Positions 9,436 through 19,588 of a stretch of 64,000 bases of DNA are shown here, piece after piece. Position numbers and translations under genes: made by a program. The notes below the pieces were generated by a model. That model saw only the letters and a list, made by a program, of their open reading frames with translations, was not told where the DNA came from and did not search any database. Positions within the stretch are counted from its first letter, which is position 1. The number at the start of each line of letters is the position of its first letter. Source of the stretch: an uncultured Chloroflexia bacterium (GTDB taxonomy: Bacteria; Chloroflexota; Limnocylindria; Limnocylindrales; CSP1-4). The stretch lies in the NCBI GenBank assembly GCA_963819655.1, contig CAWFXA010000001.1, positions 96,001 to 160,000 of the forward strand. Direction: 5' to 3'.

Positions 9436-10659
9436 CTCCCGGACGACCCAGGCGGCGAGGACCCGGGCGCAGGTCTCGACCTCGTCGAGCGACACGTGCT
9501 CGTCGGCGCTGTGGGCGACCTTCACGTCACCCGGTCCGAAGATCACGCACGGCGTCACGCCGTGGTTGACGAACATCTGCATGTCGGCGCCGTAGGGTTC
9601 GCCCAACAGGGCGGGGCGGCGGCCCGTGACCGACTCCGCCACCTCGGCCAGTCCGACCGGCAGCGGGTGGTCGGACGGCACGCGAGCGGATCCGAAGCGA
9701 CCACCGGTGATCTCGACTGTGGCCGGGTGCTCCCGCAGGAAGTCGTCGTCGGCACACGCTGCCGCGATCGCCGCGCGCAGGTCGGCTTCCGCGTCGGCCG
9801 GTGACTGGCCGAGCCGAACCCCGTAGCGCCCGTAGGCGACGACCCGGTCGAGCACCGTCGATGCCCATTCGCCGCCTTCGACGATCCCGATGATCGTCGG
9901 GTACGGCAGCCCGAGCGCGGTCATCAAGGGATCCGTCTCTGCCTCGTTCCGGTTCCACTCGTCCGCCTCGAGAGCCCGCGTCAGGACGAACAGCTTGTCC
10001 AGGGCCGAGACGCCCTCGCGTCGCTGCGAGGCATGCGCCGCCCGACCCGGCACGGTCAGCCTGAATGTGATCGCACCCGCATGGGCCACGACGATGTCGA
10101 GCCGCGAGGGCTCGGTGATGATCGCCAGGTCGGCGGTCGCTCCGGACCGGATCGCCGCCAGCGTGCCCTGTCCGCCGTCCTCCTCCGAGGGGACCAGCAC
10201 GATCGCGAGCTCACCCAGGAGTCGGGCCAGATCGCCGGACTCCCTGAGCTTCCGCACGGCGGCGAGGATCGATGCGACCCCGCCCTTCATGTCACACGCG
10301 CCCCGGCCATAGAGGCGGCCCTCCTTGATGTCCGCGCTCCACGGGTCGATCGTCCACGTCGCGCGATCGCCCGGCGGCACGACATCGAGATGGCCGGATA
10401 GGATGAGGCGCTTTCCGCCGCTCCCGCCCACCCTCCCGATGACGACCGGCAGCGAGGTGCGGGGCATCTCCTCGCCGGGCCAGGCCGGGTCGGCGCGGAG
10501 CTCGTGGAGGTCGGACCGGACGACTTCGACCATCAGCCCGAGCTCGTGCAATGCGCCGGCGGCCCAGTCGGCGACGATCTCCTCCGACCCGGTGATGCTC
10601 GGGATGCGAACCAATGTCTCGAGGTCGTCGATCAGCCTGGCGCGATCGACGTCAGGCAT
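9421..10659 (-). CDS. ArgE/DapE family M20 deacylase
   Basis: GHLDVVP, GRGACDMKGG, SEEDGG, TEPS, GRAAHAS, FGPG....AHSADE. Confidence 0.85.
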   Translation of the reverse strand: MPDVDRARLIDDLETLVRIPSITGSEEIVADWAAGALHELGLMVEVVRSDLHELRADPAWPGEEMPRTSLPVVIGRVGGSGGKRLILSGHLDVVPPGDRATWTIDPWSADIKEGRLYGRGACDMKGGVASILAAVRKLRESGDLARLLGELAIVLVPSEEDGGQGTLAAIRSGATADLAIITEPSRLDIVVAHAGAITFRLTVPGRAAHASQRREGVSALDKLFVLTRALEADEWNRNEAETDPLMTALGLPYPTIIGIVEGGEWASTVLDRVVAYGRYGVRLGQSPADAEADLRAAIAAACADDDFLREHPATVEITGGRFGSARVPSDHPLPVGLAEVAESVTGRRPALLGEPYGADMQMFVNHGVTPCVIFGPGDVKVAHSADEHVSLDEVETCARVLAAWVVRELGAA

Positions 10660-10677
10660 CAGAGTCAGGCACGAACG

Positions 10678-11544
10678 TCAGCCACGAAAGATCGGGCGCG
10701 TCATGCATGTGGGGCCCCCCGAGCCGTTGACCCCGACCTGGGTCGCCGCGTAGGTGTGCACCTCGCACCCCGCGGCGGCCAGCGCGGAAGCGGTGACCGG
10801 GTTGCCCTCAGCCATGATCACCACCCCGGGACGGACCGCGAGGACATTGCAGCCGAGCGTCGGGAACTCCTCGTCGGGCACGGCGACCAGCCGGATGTCG
10901 AGATCGAGCAGCAGCTCCCACAGGCCGACGGGAAGCAGCGGCAAGTACACGACGGCGATGTCGTCGGCCACGGGCGAGATGACGCTCATGAGGTGGATGA
11001 GCTCGGTCGGGCCCTTCCAGAACGGCACGTCGAACAGCCGCACGTCCCCGCCGACCAGATCGGCGAGCTGCGCCACGCCGGTGGCGTTGCTGCGCAGCGT
11101 GCGGCCGATGCAGAACAGGTCTGGCCGCAGCCAGAACGTGTCGCCGCCCTCGACCGTGCCAGGCGCCTCGATCCGCCCGAGCGTCGGGATGCCGGCAGCC
11201 TGCGTCCACCGTTCGAGGACGTCGGCCCCGCCCAGTCTGTTCGGCTTGCCGGGTCGCAACGGGATGGCGCCCCGGTCGGTGACGAGGAGCGGGTCGAACG
11301 TGTAGACCAGATCCGGGTCGTCGGTCTCGTCCTCGAGCATATGGACCCTCGGTCCGAGACCCGCCAGCAGCTCTACGAACGCGTCGTGCTCGCTCTGGGC
11401 GACATCGAGATCGACCGGGTACAGGAACCCGTGCGCCGGGTCGTCGAAGGCTCGACCGAACGCCTCGCCCGGCCTCTTGACGAGCACGTCGTGCAGGGGC
11501 GCGGACATGCTCTGCGCGCCGTATCGCAGCAGGGTGGTCGTCAT
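10678..11544 (-). CDS. Amidinotransferase/dimethylarginine dimethylaminohydrolase family protein
   Basis: PDLVYTFDP, EGGD, IHLMS, GCNVL and C-terminal GSGGPTCMTRP carrying the catalytic Cys. Confidence 0.85.
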   Translation of the reverse strand: MTTTLLRYGAQSMSAPLHDVLVKRPGEAFGRAFDDPAHGFLYPVDLDVAQSEHDAFVELLAGLGPRVHMLEDETDDPDLVYTFDPLLVTDRGAIPLRPGKPNRLGGADVLERWTQAAGIPTLGRIEAPGTVEGGDTFWLRPDLFCIGRTLRSNATGVAQLADLVGGDVRLFDVPFWKGPTELIHLMSVISPVADDIAVVYLPLLPVGLWELLLDLDIRLVAVPDEEFPTLGCNVLAVRPGVVIMAEGNPVTASALAAAGCEVHTYAATQVGVNGSGGPTCMTRPIFRG

Positions 11545-11592
11545 CGCGGAAGGATAGCCGTGGTCCGCGATCGGGAGTACGCTGCGGGGACC

Positions 11593-11844
11593 ATGGCCGC
11601 CTACGCCGTGATCGCTCGCATCGGACGCGTCGATCCGCATCTGACCGTCCACGACATCGCCCTCGATCCGGATCTCGACGACGATGGACCCGGCGGCGGG
11701 CTGCCGACCAACGGTCCTGCCGTGACAGTGGATGTCGTCCGTGGCCCCGAGCCCGGACGGATCACAGAGTGGGTCCGGAGGGCGCGCGAGCTGTGGGCCC
11801 AGACGACGTTCTACGTCTTCGACGCGAACAGCTGGCGCACCTAG
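11593..11844 (+). CDS. Small hypothetical protein (83 aa)
   Basis: Fills the intergenic gap; TACGCT upstream of ATG; C-terminal WAQTTFYVFDANSWR looks protein-like. Confidence 0.55.
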   Translation: MAAYAVIARIGRVDPHLTVHDIALDPDLDDDGPGGGLPTNGPAVTVDVVRGPEPGRITEWVRRARELWAQTTFYVFDANSWRT

Positions 11845-12969
11845 CCGAGCGGGCTCCCGAAGCGCACCGGATCGAGCGCCGCAGGCGGAGCCGCGATCCG
11901 GCCGTCGATCAGGTCGGCGATCATGCGTCCCGAAGCCGGACCGGTGGAGATCCCCCATGGACCGTGTCCGGCGGCGACCCAGAGTCCCGCCGCTCCCGGG
12001 ATCGCTCCGACGAGGGGTCGACCGTCCACGCTCTGGGGTCGGGCGCAGACGCGCGGCGGCCCGATCGGCGCATCGGCGATGGCCGGCACGAACCGGATGC
12101 CGCGACGGATGAGGGACGGCACGACGCTGGCCGCGTCGGGTTCGTCCGCGAGGAACGTCGAGCCGAGAGAGCTCACTCCCTCGGCGGTGACGAGGCTGAA
12201 TGCGTGGCCGGCTTCGCCAACGTCCTCCACGTCCGGCTCGATCGAGATCTCGGCCTCCTCGAGGACCCGGCTCGGTGGCGCCGCGAGCGTCACCGGCACG
12301 ACGACGCCCCAGCGGGGGGCGATCGGTCGCCACGCGCCCGATGGATCGACGATGCGCGACGTCCACGGCCCTGCGGCCACGACAACGTGCTCGGCTTCGA
12401 GGCGCCCACCGCCCTGGAAGGCGACGCCCCGGACTCTGCCGTCCTGGAGCCACGGGAATGCCTCCGCGCCCAGCCGGATCTCGACGCCGCTGGCCGTCGC
12501 GCGGGCGGCGTACGCGCGAGTCGCTGTCGCCGGTCCGACCGGGTAGCCGATCTCCAGCCGACACGCGGCCACGCCCTCGGCGACCGCCGGTTCGAGGCGG
12601 CGCATGTCGTCCGGGGAGACGTACGTCGGCTGGAGGTGGGGGTGAGATGCGGCGAGCTCGGCGGCGAGGCGCTGCGCTCCGCGTCCATCGCGCGTGACGC
12701 TCAGCAGCCCTGCGGGACTGGCCGGGAGGGACAGTCCGTCGAGCTCGCGATACAGCGCGACCGTCTCGAGATGCAGGTCGACGAGGACGCGGTCGAAGGG
12801 ATGCTGGACGACGCCCGAGTTGCGCCCTGACGCCCCGGCACCGATCTCGTGCCGCTCGAGCAGGTGCACTCGACGACCGGCTTCGGCGAGATGGGCCGCG
12901 GCGGACGACCCCGACGATCCCGCCGCCGATGACGATGACGTCCGGGGCAGGCTGTGGTCGGTCACGCAC
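11841..12969 (-). CDS. FAD-dependent oxidoreductase (DAO/glycine oxidase family), apparent frameshift at 12909-12912
   Basis: DVIVIGGGIVG joins SSAAAHLAEAG..GASGRNSG when one G of a GGGG run is removed; VVAAGPW, RPQSVDGRPLVG, GHGPWGIS. Confidence 0.8.
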
Positions 12970-13087
12970 CCGCGGATGATGCCAGTCGGAGGCGCCAGCC
13001 CGTGGGCCGCGGCGCGACCCAGGCCCAGCCATCGTTGCAGCCGCAACGACAGGCTTCGATCGGCGACAACGTGTACCATCCCCGCCA

Positions 13088-13582
13088 GTGACCGTCACCG
13101 AACGCGCCGACGCGCGGCCCTTGTCCCCCAACGACCCGCGGCTCGAGCCGTGGCGCTCGTTCCTGACCGCCCACGCCAGGATCACGCGGCGTCTCGACGA
13201 AGAGCTCCGCGCCGAGCACGACCTGTCGCTGGCCGAGTACGACGCGATGCTGACGATCGCCGACGCGCCCGAGCGACGGATCCGGATGCGCCAGCTGGCC
13301 GATCGGGTGATCCTCAGCAAGAGCGGCGTGACCCGGCTCATCGACCGGCTCGTGCTCGATGGCCTGGTCGAGCGGAAAGCGTGCGCGAGCGACGCCCGTG
13401 GGGCGGAGGCCGTCCTGACCGCGGATGGTCTCGACCGACTGCGTCGCGCCTCGCGAACCCACCTGCGCGGGATCGCGGAGCATTTCCTGACCGCCGTCGA
13501 CGAGGCCGACCTGCCGACCATCGAGCGGTCGATGCAGTCGGTCGCCGAACATGCCGGCCCGGGCGGTGACACCCCCGACTGA
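13088..13582 (+). CDS. MarR family transcriptional regulator
   Basis: LSLAEYD.M, MRQLADRVILSKSGVTRLIDRL..GLVER, DARG..AVLT..G. Confidence 0.9.
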   Translation: MTVTERADARPLSPNDPRLEPWRSFLTAHARITRRLDEELRAEHDLSLAEYDAMLTIADAPERRIRMRQLADRVILSKSGVTRLIDRLVLDGLVERKACASDARGAEAVLTADGLDRLRRASRTHLRGIAEHFLTAVDEADLPTIERSMQSVAEHAGPGGDTPD

Positions 13583-14312
13583 ACCGCGCGCCGAGCGGCG
13601 GCGCGGCCGGCTGTACGTCGGGACCAGCGGCTTCGCCTATCCCGCGTGGAGCCCGCGTTTCTACCCGCCCGGTCTGCGCGGTGACGCGTTGCTAAGCCAT
13701 TACGCCTCGCGGTTGCCGGCGGTCGAGCTGAACAACACGTTCTACCAGTCGCCATCGGAGTCGAAGGTCGCGACCTGGCTCGGCGCCACGCCGCCCGACT
13801 TCCGGTTCAGCGTCAAGGCCCAGCGCGGCGGCTCATGGCGAGCGTTGAACGGCAGCCCCGACCCGGGGCTTCCGTGGCTCACCGAGCCGTACCGGCGCTT
13901 CGGCGAGCGGCTGGGCACCGTGCTCTTCCGTATCCCCGACAACGTCAAACGCGACGACCGCCGACTCGCAGCGATGCTTGCCGCTTGGCCTGGGGACCTG
14001 CCTCTGACCGTCGAGTTCGGGGACCCGAGCTGGGAGGCCGACGAGACCATCGTGCTGCTGCGTGAGGTCGGCGCCGTCCTGTGCGCCACCGAGGGCCCAG
14101 ACGATCCGGCGCCGCCGACGCTCAGGCGGACCGGGCCGTTCCTGTATGTCCGCCTGCGTCGCCACGACTACACCGACGACGAGCTGGCCGCCTGGCGCGA
14201 TCGATTCGAGCCGTTCCTCGCCGCGGGCGACGATGCGTACGTCTTCTTCCGCCACGACGAGACAGGTCGCGGCGCGGAGCTCGCCGAGGCGCTGGGCGCC
14301 CTGGCCGGCTAG
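13566..14312 (+). CDS. DUF72 domain protein
   Basis: VGTSGFAYPAW, AVELNNTFY, FRFSVKA, YVRL, YVFFRH. Confidence 0.85.
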   Translation: MTPPTEPRAERRRGRLYVGTSGFAYPAWSPRFYPPGLRGDALLSHYASRLPAVELNNTFYQSPSESKVATWLGATPPDFRFSVKAQRGGSWRALNGSPDPGLPWLTEPYRRFGERLGTVLFRIPDNVKRDDRRLAAMLAAWPGDLPLTVEFGDPSWEADETIVLLREVGAVLCATEGPDDPAPPTLRRTGPFLYVRLRRHDYTDDELAAWRDRFEPFLAAGDDAYVFFRHDETGRGAELAEALGALAG

Positions 14313-14322
14313 GGCTCGTCGG

Positions 14323-14655
14323 CTACGTCGACCCGCGCGAATACTCCGCCGGACCGAACATCACGACAAGAACGAGACGCTCCTCGATATCGATGAACCG
14401 GTGTTCGACCCAGGCGGCGACGAAGATGACCGATCCGGCCGTGATCGGACGCACGTCCTCGCCGACGCGGACCCTGGCCCTGCCGGACATGACGACGTAG
14501 AGCTCGTCCTCGGCGTGCGGCGACTGAGGGTCTGTCGCCCCGGCATCCAGCACATACAACCCGCCCGACAGGTCGGGCACCGAGATGAACTCGTGGTAGA
14601 GCCTGCCGCTGGCGACCCGCGCAGCATCGAGCTCGGCGAGCTCCCAGGTGTCCAT
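14323..14655 (-). CDS. Cupin domain protein
   Basis: DPQSPHAEDELYVVMSG..GSVIFV..VEHRF. Confidence 0.85.
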   Translation of the reverse strand: MDTWELAELDAARVASGRLYHEFISVPDLSGGLYVLDAGATDPQSPHAEDELYVVMSGRARVRVGEDVRPITAGSVIFVAAWVEHRFIDIEERLVLVVMFGPAEYSRGST

Positions 14656-14742
14656 GGCCGCAGCCTACCGCGGGCCACCGGCGGCGCCATGCCGCGGCGC
14701 GCCAGACGACCCCTAGCGACGATCCCGGATACATTCCGCACC

Positions 14743-16002
14743 ATGCCCCGATCGCTCGTCGTGCTACCCCTTGCCGCCCTGCTGCTGATCGGCTGCGTCG
14801 ATGCGACGGAGCCACCGCGCCCGTCGGTGCTGCCGAGCCCGGCCGCGACGACGGCGCCGTCCTCGAGTGCGAGCACGGCGCCCACCGTTGCGACGCCGTC
14901 TGGGGCGCCAGCCGCGCTTTCGGTCGACCCGGTCCTCGCGGGGCTCACGGACCCGGTCGACATCGCCTGGCGACCCGACGATCCCGCGACGCTGTTCGTG
15001 GTCGAGCAAGTCGGGCGCGTCCGGATCGTGCGTGACGACCGGTTGGTCGAGCGTCCATTCCTCGACATCGGCGACATCGTGCGCGCCGGCGGCGAGTCTG
15101 GCCTGCTCGGTCTCGCATTCCTGCCGAGCGGTGAGGCGGGGCGGTTCTTCGTCTACTACACCAACGACGCGGGCCGTCAGGTCGTGGCGTCGTACGACAC
15201 CGATCCGAACGACCCGGATGTCGCTGCGCCGGACACCGCCACGGTCTGGCTCGACATGGCCGATCGGTTCGGCAACCACAACGGCGGCGCCCTGGTGTTC
15301 GGCCCCGACGGCGACCTGTACATCGGGACCGGTGACGGAGGCGGCGCCGGAGACCCGCTCGATTCCGGTCGCCATCTCGACACGCTGCTGGCAAAGGTCC
15401 TGAGGATCGATGTCGACCACGACGTCCCGGGTGACATCGACCCGCGCTACGTCGTCCCGTCGGACAACCCGTTCGTCGACCGGAGCGGCGCGCGCCCCGA
15501 GATCTGGCTGACGGGGTTGCGCAACCCGTGGCGGATCCGCTTCGACCGGGCGAACGGCGACCTGTGGATCGCGGACGTCGGCCAGGGGGAACGCGAGGAG
15601 ATCGACGTGGCGCGCGCCGGCCAGAGCGGCCTCGACTTCGGCTGGAATGTCATGGAGGGCTCGACGTGCTTCCGCAGCGTCGGCCTCGATTGCGCGACCC
15701 CGGAGCTGATCCTGCCCGTCGCCGAGTACGACCACTCGGTCTCGGGCGTCTGTTCCGTGACCGGCGGGACGGTCTACCGGGGCACCGCGAACCCAGGCCT
15801 CCTGGGCTGGTATGTCTTTGCGGACTACTGCTCCGGGACCTTCTGGGCGATCGACGCGTCGCTCGATCGGACGGAGGACCCGGCCGTCGTCGCCGAGACC
15901 GATTTCCTCATCAGCGCCATCGCCGAGGATGCAGCCGGTGAGTTGTACGCCACCGACCACGCGGGCGGCCAGCTCCTTCGCATCGGTGTCACGGGCGGCT
16001 GA
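14743..16002 (+). CDS. PQQ-dependent sugar dehydrogenase (glucose/sorbosone family), predicted lipoprotein
   Basis: Lipobox LLIGC, GESGLLGLAF, NHNGGALVFGPDG.LYIGTGDGG, GLRNPWR, DVGQ..EEID, SVTGG.VYRG. Confidence 0.85.
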   Translation: MPRSLVVLPLAALLLIGCVDATEPPRPSVLPSPAATTAPSSSASTAPTVATPSGAPAALSVDPVLAGLTDPVDIAWRPDDPATLFVVEQVGRVRIVRDDRLVERPFLDIGDIVRAGGESGLLGLAFLPSGEAGRFFVYYTNDAGRQVVASYDTDPNDPDVAAPDTATVWLDMADRFGNHNGGALVFGPDGDLYIGTGDGGGAGDPLDSGRHLDTLLAKVLRIDVDHDVPGDIDPRYVVPSDNPFVDRSGARPEIWLTGLRNPWRIRFDRANGDLWIADVGQGEREEIDVARAGQSGLDFGWNVMEGSTCFRSVGLDCATPELILPVAEYDHSVSGVCSVTGGTVYRGTANPGLLGWYVFADYCSGTFWAIDASLDRTEDPAVVAETDFLISAIAEDAAGELYATDHAGGQLLRIGVTGG

Positions 16003-16011
16003 CCTAGCGGG

Positions 16012-16665
16012 CTAGCGCGCACGGTACGTGACGGTCACCGTCACGGTCACCTCGAGCGAGCCGGCCTCGACCGGGGTCGCGACCTCCGCCGCCGCAAGAG
16101 CCATCCGCTCCGCCTTCGCGTACGGCATCGGCGGTCGGGTCGGGACGCCCTCGACGATGTCGGAGACGCCGACGATCCCGAGCCCCGCGGCTTCGGCAAG
16201 GACGTCGGCCCGGGCACGTGCGGCGGCCATCGCCAGCACCCGTGCCTCCCGCTCGGCCGAGGCGGGATCGGCGACGCGGAATGACAGGCTGTCCATGCTC
16301 GTCGCACCGGCAGCGAGAGTCCAGTCGACCACCTCACCGAGCTTGGCCAGGTCGCGGACAGTGACCTCCACGACGTTCGCCAGCTCATAGCCGGTCAGCG
16401 TCGGCGCCCGCCCGTCGCGGTAGTCGTAGCGAGGCTGGACGGACAACAGCGATGTCCGGACGTCGCGGCGTGCGACGCCGGCGCTGTCGACGGCGGCGAG
16501 GATCTCGTCCATGGCCCGCCCGGCATCCGCGCGTGCCACCGCGACCGTCGGACGGCTGACGGCCACGCCCAACCGCAGGTCCGCGACATCGGGCTCGACC
16601 GCGATACGGCCTGTCCCGCTGACGACGATCGTGCCGGTCTCTGCCTTGCTCTTTCGGTCGGGCAT
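16012..16665 (-). CDS. SIMPL (DUF541) domain protein
   Basis: IVVSGTG.I.VEPDVADL.LGV, SVQPRYDY, GYELANVVEV, PVEAGSLEVTVTVTVTY; GGAGGAGG SD. Confidence 0.85.
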   Translation of the reverse strand: MPDRKSKAETGTIVVSGTGRIAVEPDVADLRLGVAVSRPTVAVARADAGRAMDEILAAVDSAGVARRDVRTSLLSVQPRYDYRDGRAPTLTGYELANVVEVTVRDLAKLGEVVDWTLAAGATSMDSLSFRVADPASAEREARVLAMAAARARADVLAEAAGLGIVGVSDIVEGVPTRPPMPYAKAERMALAAAEVATPVEAGSLEVTVTVTVTYRAR

Positions 16666-16871
16666 ACGCCTCCTCCTCGGGTGTCGGCGATGGTAGCCGG
16701 TTGACCACGCCGGGGGCCGGCGGCTGATCCGGATTGTCACGCGGTTGCAATCCCCGTTCTCAGATACGCCACGGCGGCGCAAGCCGCGCCGTAGTGCACT
16801 CCACGAGCGAGCGCGCGTGGCCGGCTGCGCGCTGTCGCCCTGCCCGTTTCTCACGGGCCCCAGCATCGAGA

Positions 16872-18002
16872 ATGGACGAGGCGCCGTTGACAGCCCTACC
16901 ACCGATCGCGGGATCGCTGGGCGATGCCGGACAAGTCGAGGAGAGGCTGAGGCGGCTGGCCGAGGCCGAACACGCGCGTGCCGCCGAGCTGAACGCGGTC
17001 ATTCGGGCGATGGGCGACGGGGTGATCGTGTGCGCCGCCGACGGGCGGACGATCCTCGCCAACCCTGCCGGTCGAGCAATGTTCCCGTCGATCACCGAGG
17101 TCAGCTACGCCGGGATCCTCGCAGAGCTGCACGACCCGGAGGGGATGGCACCGCCACTCGGGACGCGTGCCGGGCCGGTCGTCTTCCGGACGCGGTCCGA
17201 GCCCGAGCGCTGGATCGAGGTGGCGACATATCCGGTCGATCGCGCCACAGACGGCGAGCGCGGGGAGACGATCCTGGTCCTGCGGGACGTCACCGAACAA
17301 CGCCAGCGCGAGGCGGTCAGGGAAACCTTCATCGGCGTCCTGTCGCACGAGCTTCGCACCCCGGTCACAACGATCTTCGGTGGCGCTCGCATCCTGTCAA
17401 GGGATGACAGTGGCCTCGACGAGGCGACCCGCAGGGGGATCCTCGCCGATGTCGCCGACGAGGCCGAACGGCTCAAACGGCTCGTGGAGGACGTCGTCGC
17501 GCTGAGTCGGTTCGGCGAATCGGAAGGGGACCTGGGCCGGGAGCCGGTCCTTCTCCAGCGGGTCGTGCCGGCCGTCGTCGCTTCGGAGGAAGAGCGCTGG
17601 CCGGGTGTCACGTTCACGGTCCAGGTCCCACCCGGGCTACCGACCGTCGTGGCCGACCCGACCTATCTCGAGCAGGTCATCAGAAATCTCCTCGCGAACG
17701 CCGCCAAATACGGCGGCCAAGGCGCCATGATCGAAGTCGTCGTGGAGTCGGACACCGATGCCGAGGAGGTGTCTGTCTGCGTCCGCGACGATGGCCCGGG
17801 CATCGAGCCGGACGAGGCGGAGCGCCTGTTCGACCTGTTCTACCGCTCCCCGGCGACTGCCACCGTCACGGCAGGTGCGGGCATCGGGCTGTTCGTGTGC
17901 GCTCGACTCGTGCGCGCGATGGGCGGGCGTGTCTGGGCGCGAGCGCTCCCTGCCGGGGGCGCCGAATTCGCCTTCGCGCTCCGGGTGATGCACGAAGACT
18001 GA
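16872..18002 (+). CDS. PAS sensor histidine kinase (orphan)
   Basis: SHELRTP H-box, NLLANAAKY, DDGPGI, GAGIGL; N-terminal PAS. Confidence 0.9.
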   Translation: MDEAPLTALPPIAGSLGDAGQVEERLRRLAEAEHARAAELNAVIRAMGDGVIVCAADGRTILANPAGRAMFPSITEVSYAGILAELHDPEGMAPPLGTRAGPVVFRTRSEPERWIEVATYPVDRATDGERGETILVLRDVTEQRQREAVRETFIGVLSHELRTPVTTIFGGARILSRDDSGLDEATRRGILADVADEAERLKRLVEDVVALSRFGESEGDLGREPVLLQRVVPAVVASEEERWPGVTFTVQVPPGLPTVVADPTYLEQVIRNLLANAAKYGGQGAMIEVVVESDTDAEEVSVCVRDDGPGIEPDEAERLFDLFYRSPATATVTAGAGIGLFVCARLVRAMGGRVWARALPAGGAEFAFALRVMHED

Positions 18003-18007
18003 GTGGC

Positions 18008-18979
18008 TCAGAACCAGCGCCGAGCCTTGGCGATGACCACGATCGAGACCGCCAGGACCAGCATGCCCCCGACGACGAACCAGAAGTTGGTCGCGTCCTC
18101 GAAGAAGCCGACCTTGAAGTTCATGCCCATGATCCCGGCCAGGACGACCGACGGCAGCAAGACCGCGGACAGCAACGTCAGAGTGCGCATCACGTCGTTG
18201 GCGCGCTGCGAGACCCGACCCATGTGGATATCGAAGGTCCCAAGCAGACCCTCGCGCAGATTCTCGATCGACGACATGGCCGCCTCGAGCCGGTCGACCA
18301 GACCGGGCCACGGCCGCCCGACGCTGCTCTCGACATCCATCTCGGGCAATGCGAGGGTCGACAGCGCGTCGCGATGCGGCGCGAGGGTGCGGCGCACCAG
18401 GCCGATCCGTCGCCGCAGCGCGACGATCGCCGAGAGGATGTCGTCGTCCCGACTGTGGAGCGCGCGCTGGTCGAGCTCGTCGATCTCGCGCTCGATGGAC
18501 TCTGCCAACAGGAAATAGCCGACCAGGACCTCGTCGATGAGCGACGACATTAGGTCGCCGGCCGTCAGCTTCCCGAGTCGCGTCTCGCCGTCGAGGCCCT
18601 CGTCGAAACGTTCGAGGGCCGCAACCGGCCCGCGGTGAACCGTGAGGACGACGTTCGGAGCGGCGACGAGGTCGATCTCGCGGCGCACGAGGCGTGGCCC
18701 GTCGCTATCGTCGACCTCCATCGCCTCGAGCGTGATGTGGAGGCGGTCGGCGGTGCGCGTGAGGCGAGCCCGGCCCGCGTCCGCGCGCAGCCGGTCCACA
18801 TCGATATCGCTGAGACCGAGGGCCTCGACGGTCTCGTCGATCGCCGACTCCTCGTTGCGGCTGTCGATGTCGACCCACAGCAGCCGCTTCGACCCCAGGG
18901 ACCGGACGACGTCGGGGCTCAGCTCGACTCGACGGTCGTGTCCGTCCGCGTCGAACAGGCGGGCCGACGTGCGGCTCAG
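18008..18979 (-). CDS. corA: CorA family divalent cation transporter, probable CTG start
   Basis: ANDVMRTLTLLSAVLLP..GIMGMNF (GMN motif); the frame stays open upstream to LSRTSARLFDADG..LLWVDID with no ATG/GTG/TTG. Confidence 0.8.
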   Translation of the reverse strand: MSRTSARLFDADGHDRRVELSPDVVRSLGSKRLLWVDIDSRNEESAIDETVEALGLSDIDVDRLRADAGRARLTRTADRLHITLEAMEVDDSDGPRLVRREIDLVAAPNVVLTVHRGPVAALERFDEGLDGETRLGKLTAGDLMSSLIDEVLVGYFLLAESIEREIDELDQRALHSRDDDILSAIVALRRRIGLVRRTLAPHRDALSTLALPEMDVESSVGRPWPGLVDRLEAAMSSIENLREGLLGTFDIHMGRVSQRANDVMRTLTLLSAVLLPSVVLAGIMGMNFKVGFFEDATNFWFVVGGMLVLAVSIVVIAKARRWF

Positions 18980-19113
18980 TGGATGAAGCTCAGGAAACCC
19001 GCCGCGACGACGGCCACGATCGCGGTCAGGTACTGCAGCGCCAGCATCGTCCGGTCATGGGCGGGATTGTCGTCCCATGACCCGGGCCGTCTGGTTCGCG
19101 ACTCGAACAGCAT
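18976..19113 (-). CDS. Small membrane peptide (45 aa)
   Basis: GAGGTG SD; MLFESRTRRPGSWDDNPAHDRTMLALQYLTAIVAVVAAGFLSFIH with one TM helix. Confidence 0.55.
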   Translation of the reverse strand: MLFESRTRRPGSWDDNPAHDRTMLALQYLTAIVAVVAAGFLSFIH

Positions 19114-19378
19114 CGATACGCACCTCGCTCGTCGGTGTTTGCCCCGGCGATTCGCATCGTGCGATGCCGCGTGATGCGCAAGGATCGCTCGCCATCGGCC
19201 GGCGCATCTCGGGAGTATCACAACGAGGGGGGATCCGGACTGCGAGCCTCCTGCAACCTATCGCACCACACCGGAGCGCACAACCGATGCGCCAACGCCC
19301 GTACGGTCGAACGTGGCCCACACAGATGGCCGCCCGGCGTCGCCCTCCGGCTTCGCCGTCATCCCAGGAGGTGACCAT

Positions 19379-19531
19379 ATGCTCAAGCGAATCGTCATGC
19401 TGGTGGCCCTGGCGGTCGCCCTCGTCGCCTGCGGGTCAGGGACCACGAGCTCACCGGCTACCGAGACCCTGGCACCGATCGACTCGGCAGCCCCGAGCGA
19501 GGCGCCGAGCGAGTCCGCTTCGCCGTCGTGA
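19379..19531 (+). CDS. Small lipoprotein (50 aa)
   Basis: AGGAGGT SD, signal peptide with LVAC lipobox, S/P/T/A-rich tail. Confidence 0.7.
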   Translation: MLKRIVMLVALAVALVACGSGTTSSPATETLAPIDSAAPSEAPSESASPS

Positions 19532-19554
19532 TCTGACGAGGCACGCCTCAAGAC

Positions 19555-19588
19555 GACGCCGGGTCCTGCCTGGGACCCGGCGTCTTGC
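19555..19588 (+). terminator. Hairpin/terminator after the lipoprotein gene
   Basis: GACGCCGGGTCC/GGACCCGGCGTC 12-bp stem. Confidence 0.6.

Noticed and set aside
10678-13755. 1025-aa minus-strand ORF
   Set aside because: Only 10678-11544 (amidinotransferase) and the short DAO N-terminus are real; the rest is off-frame.
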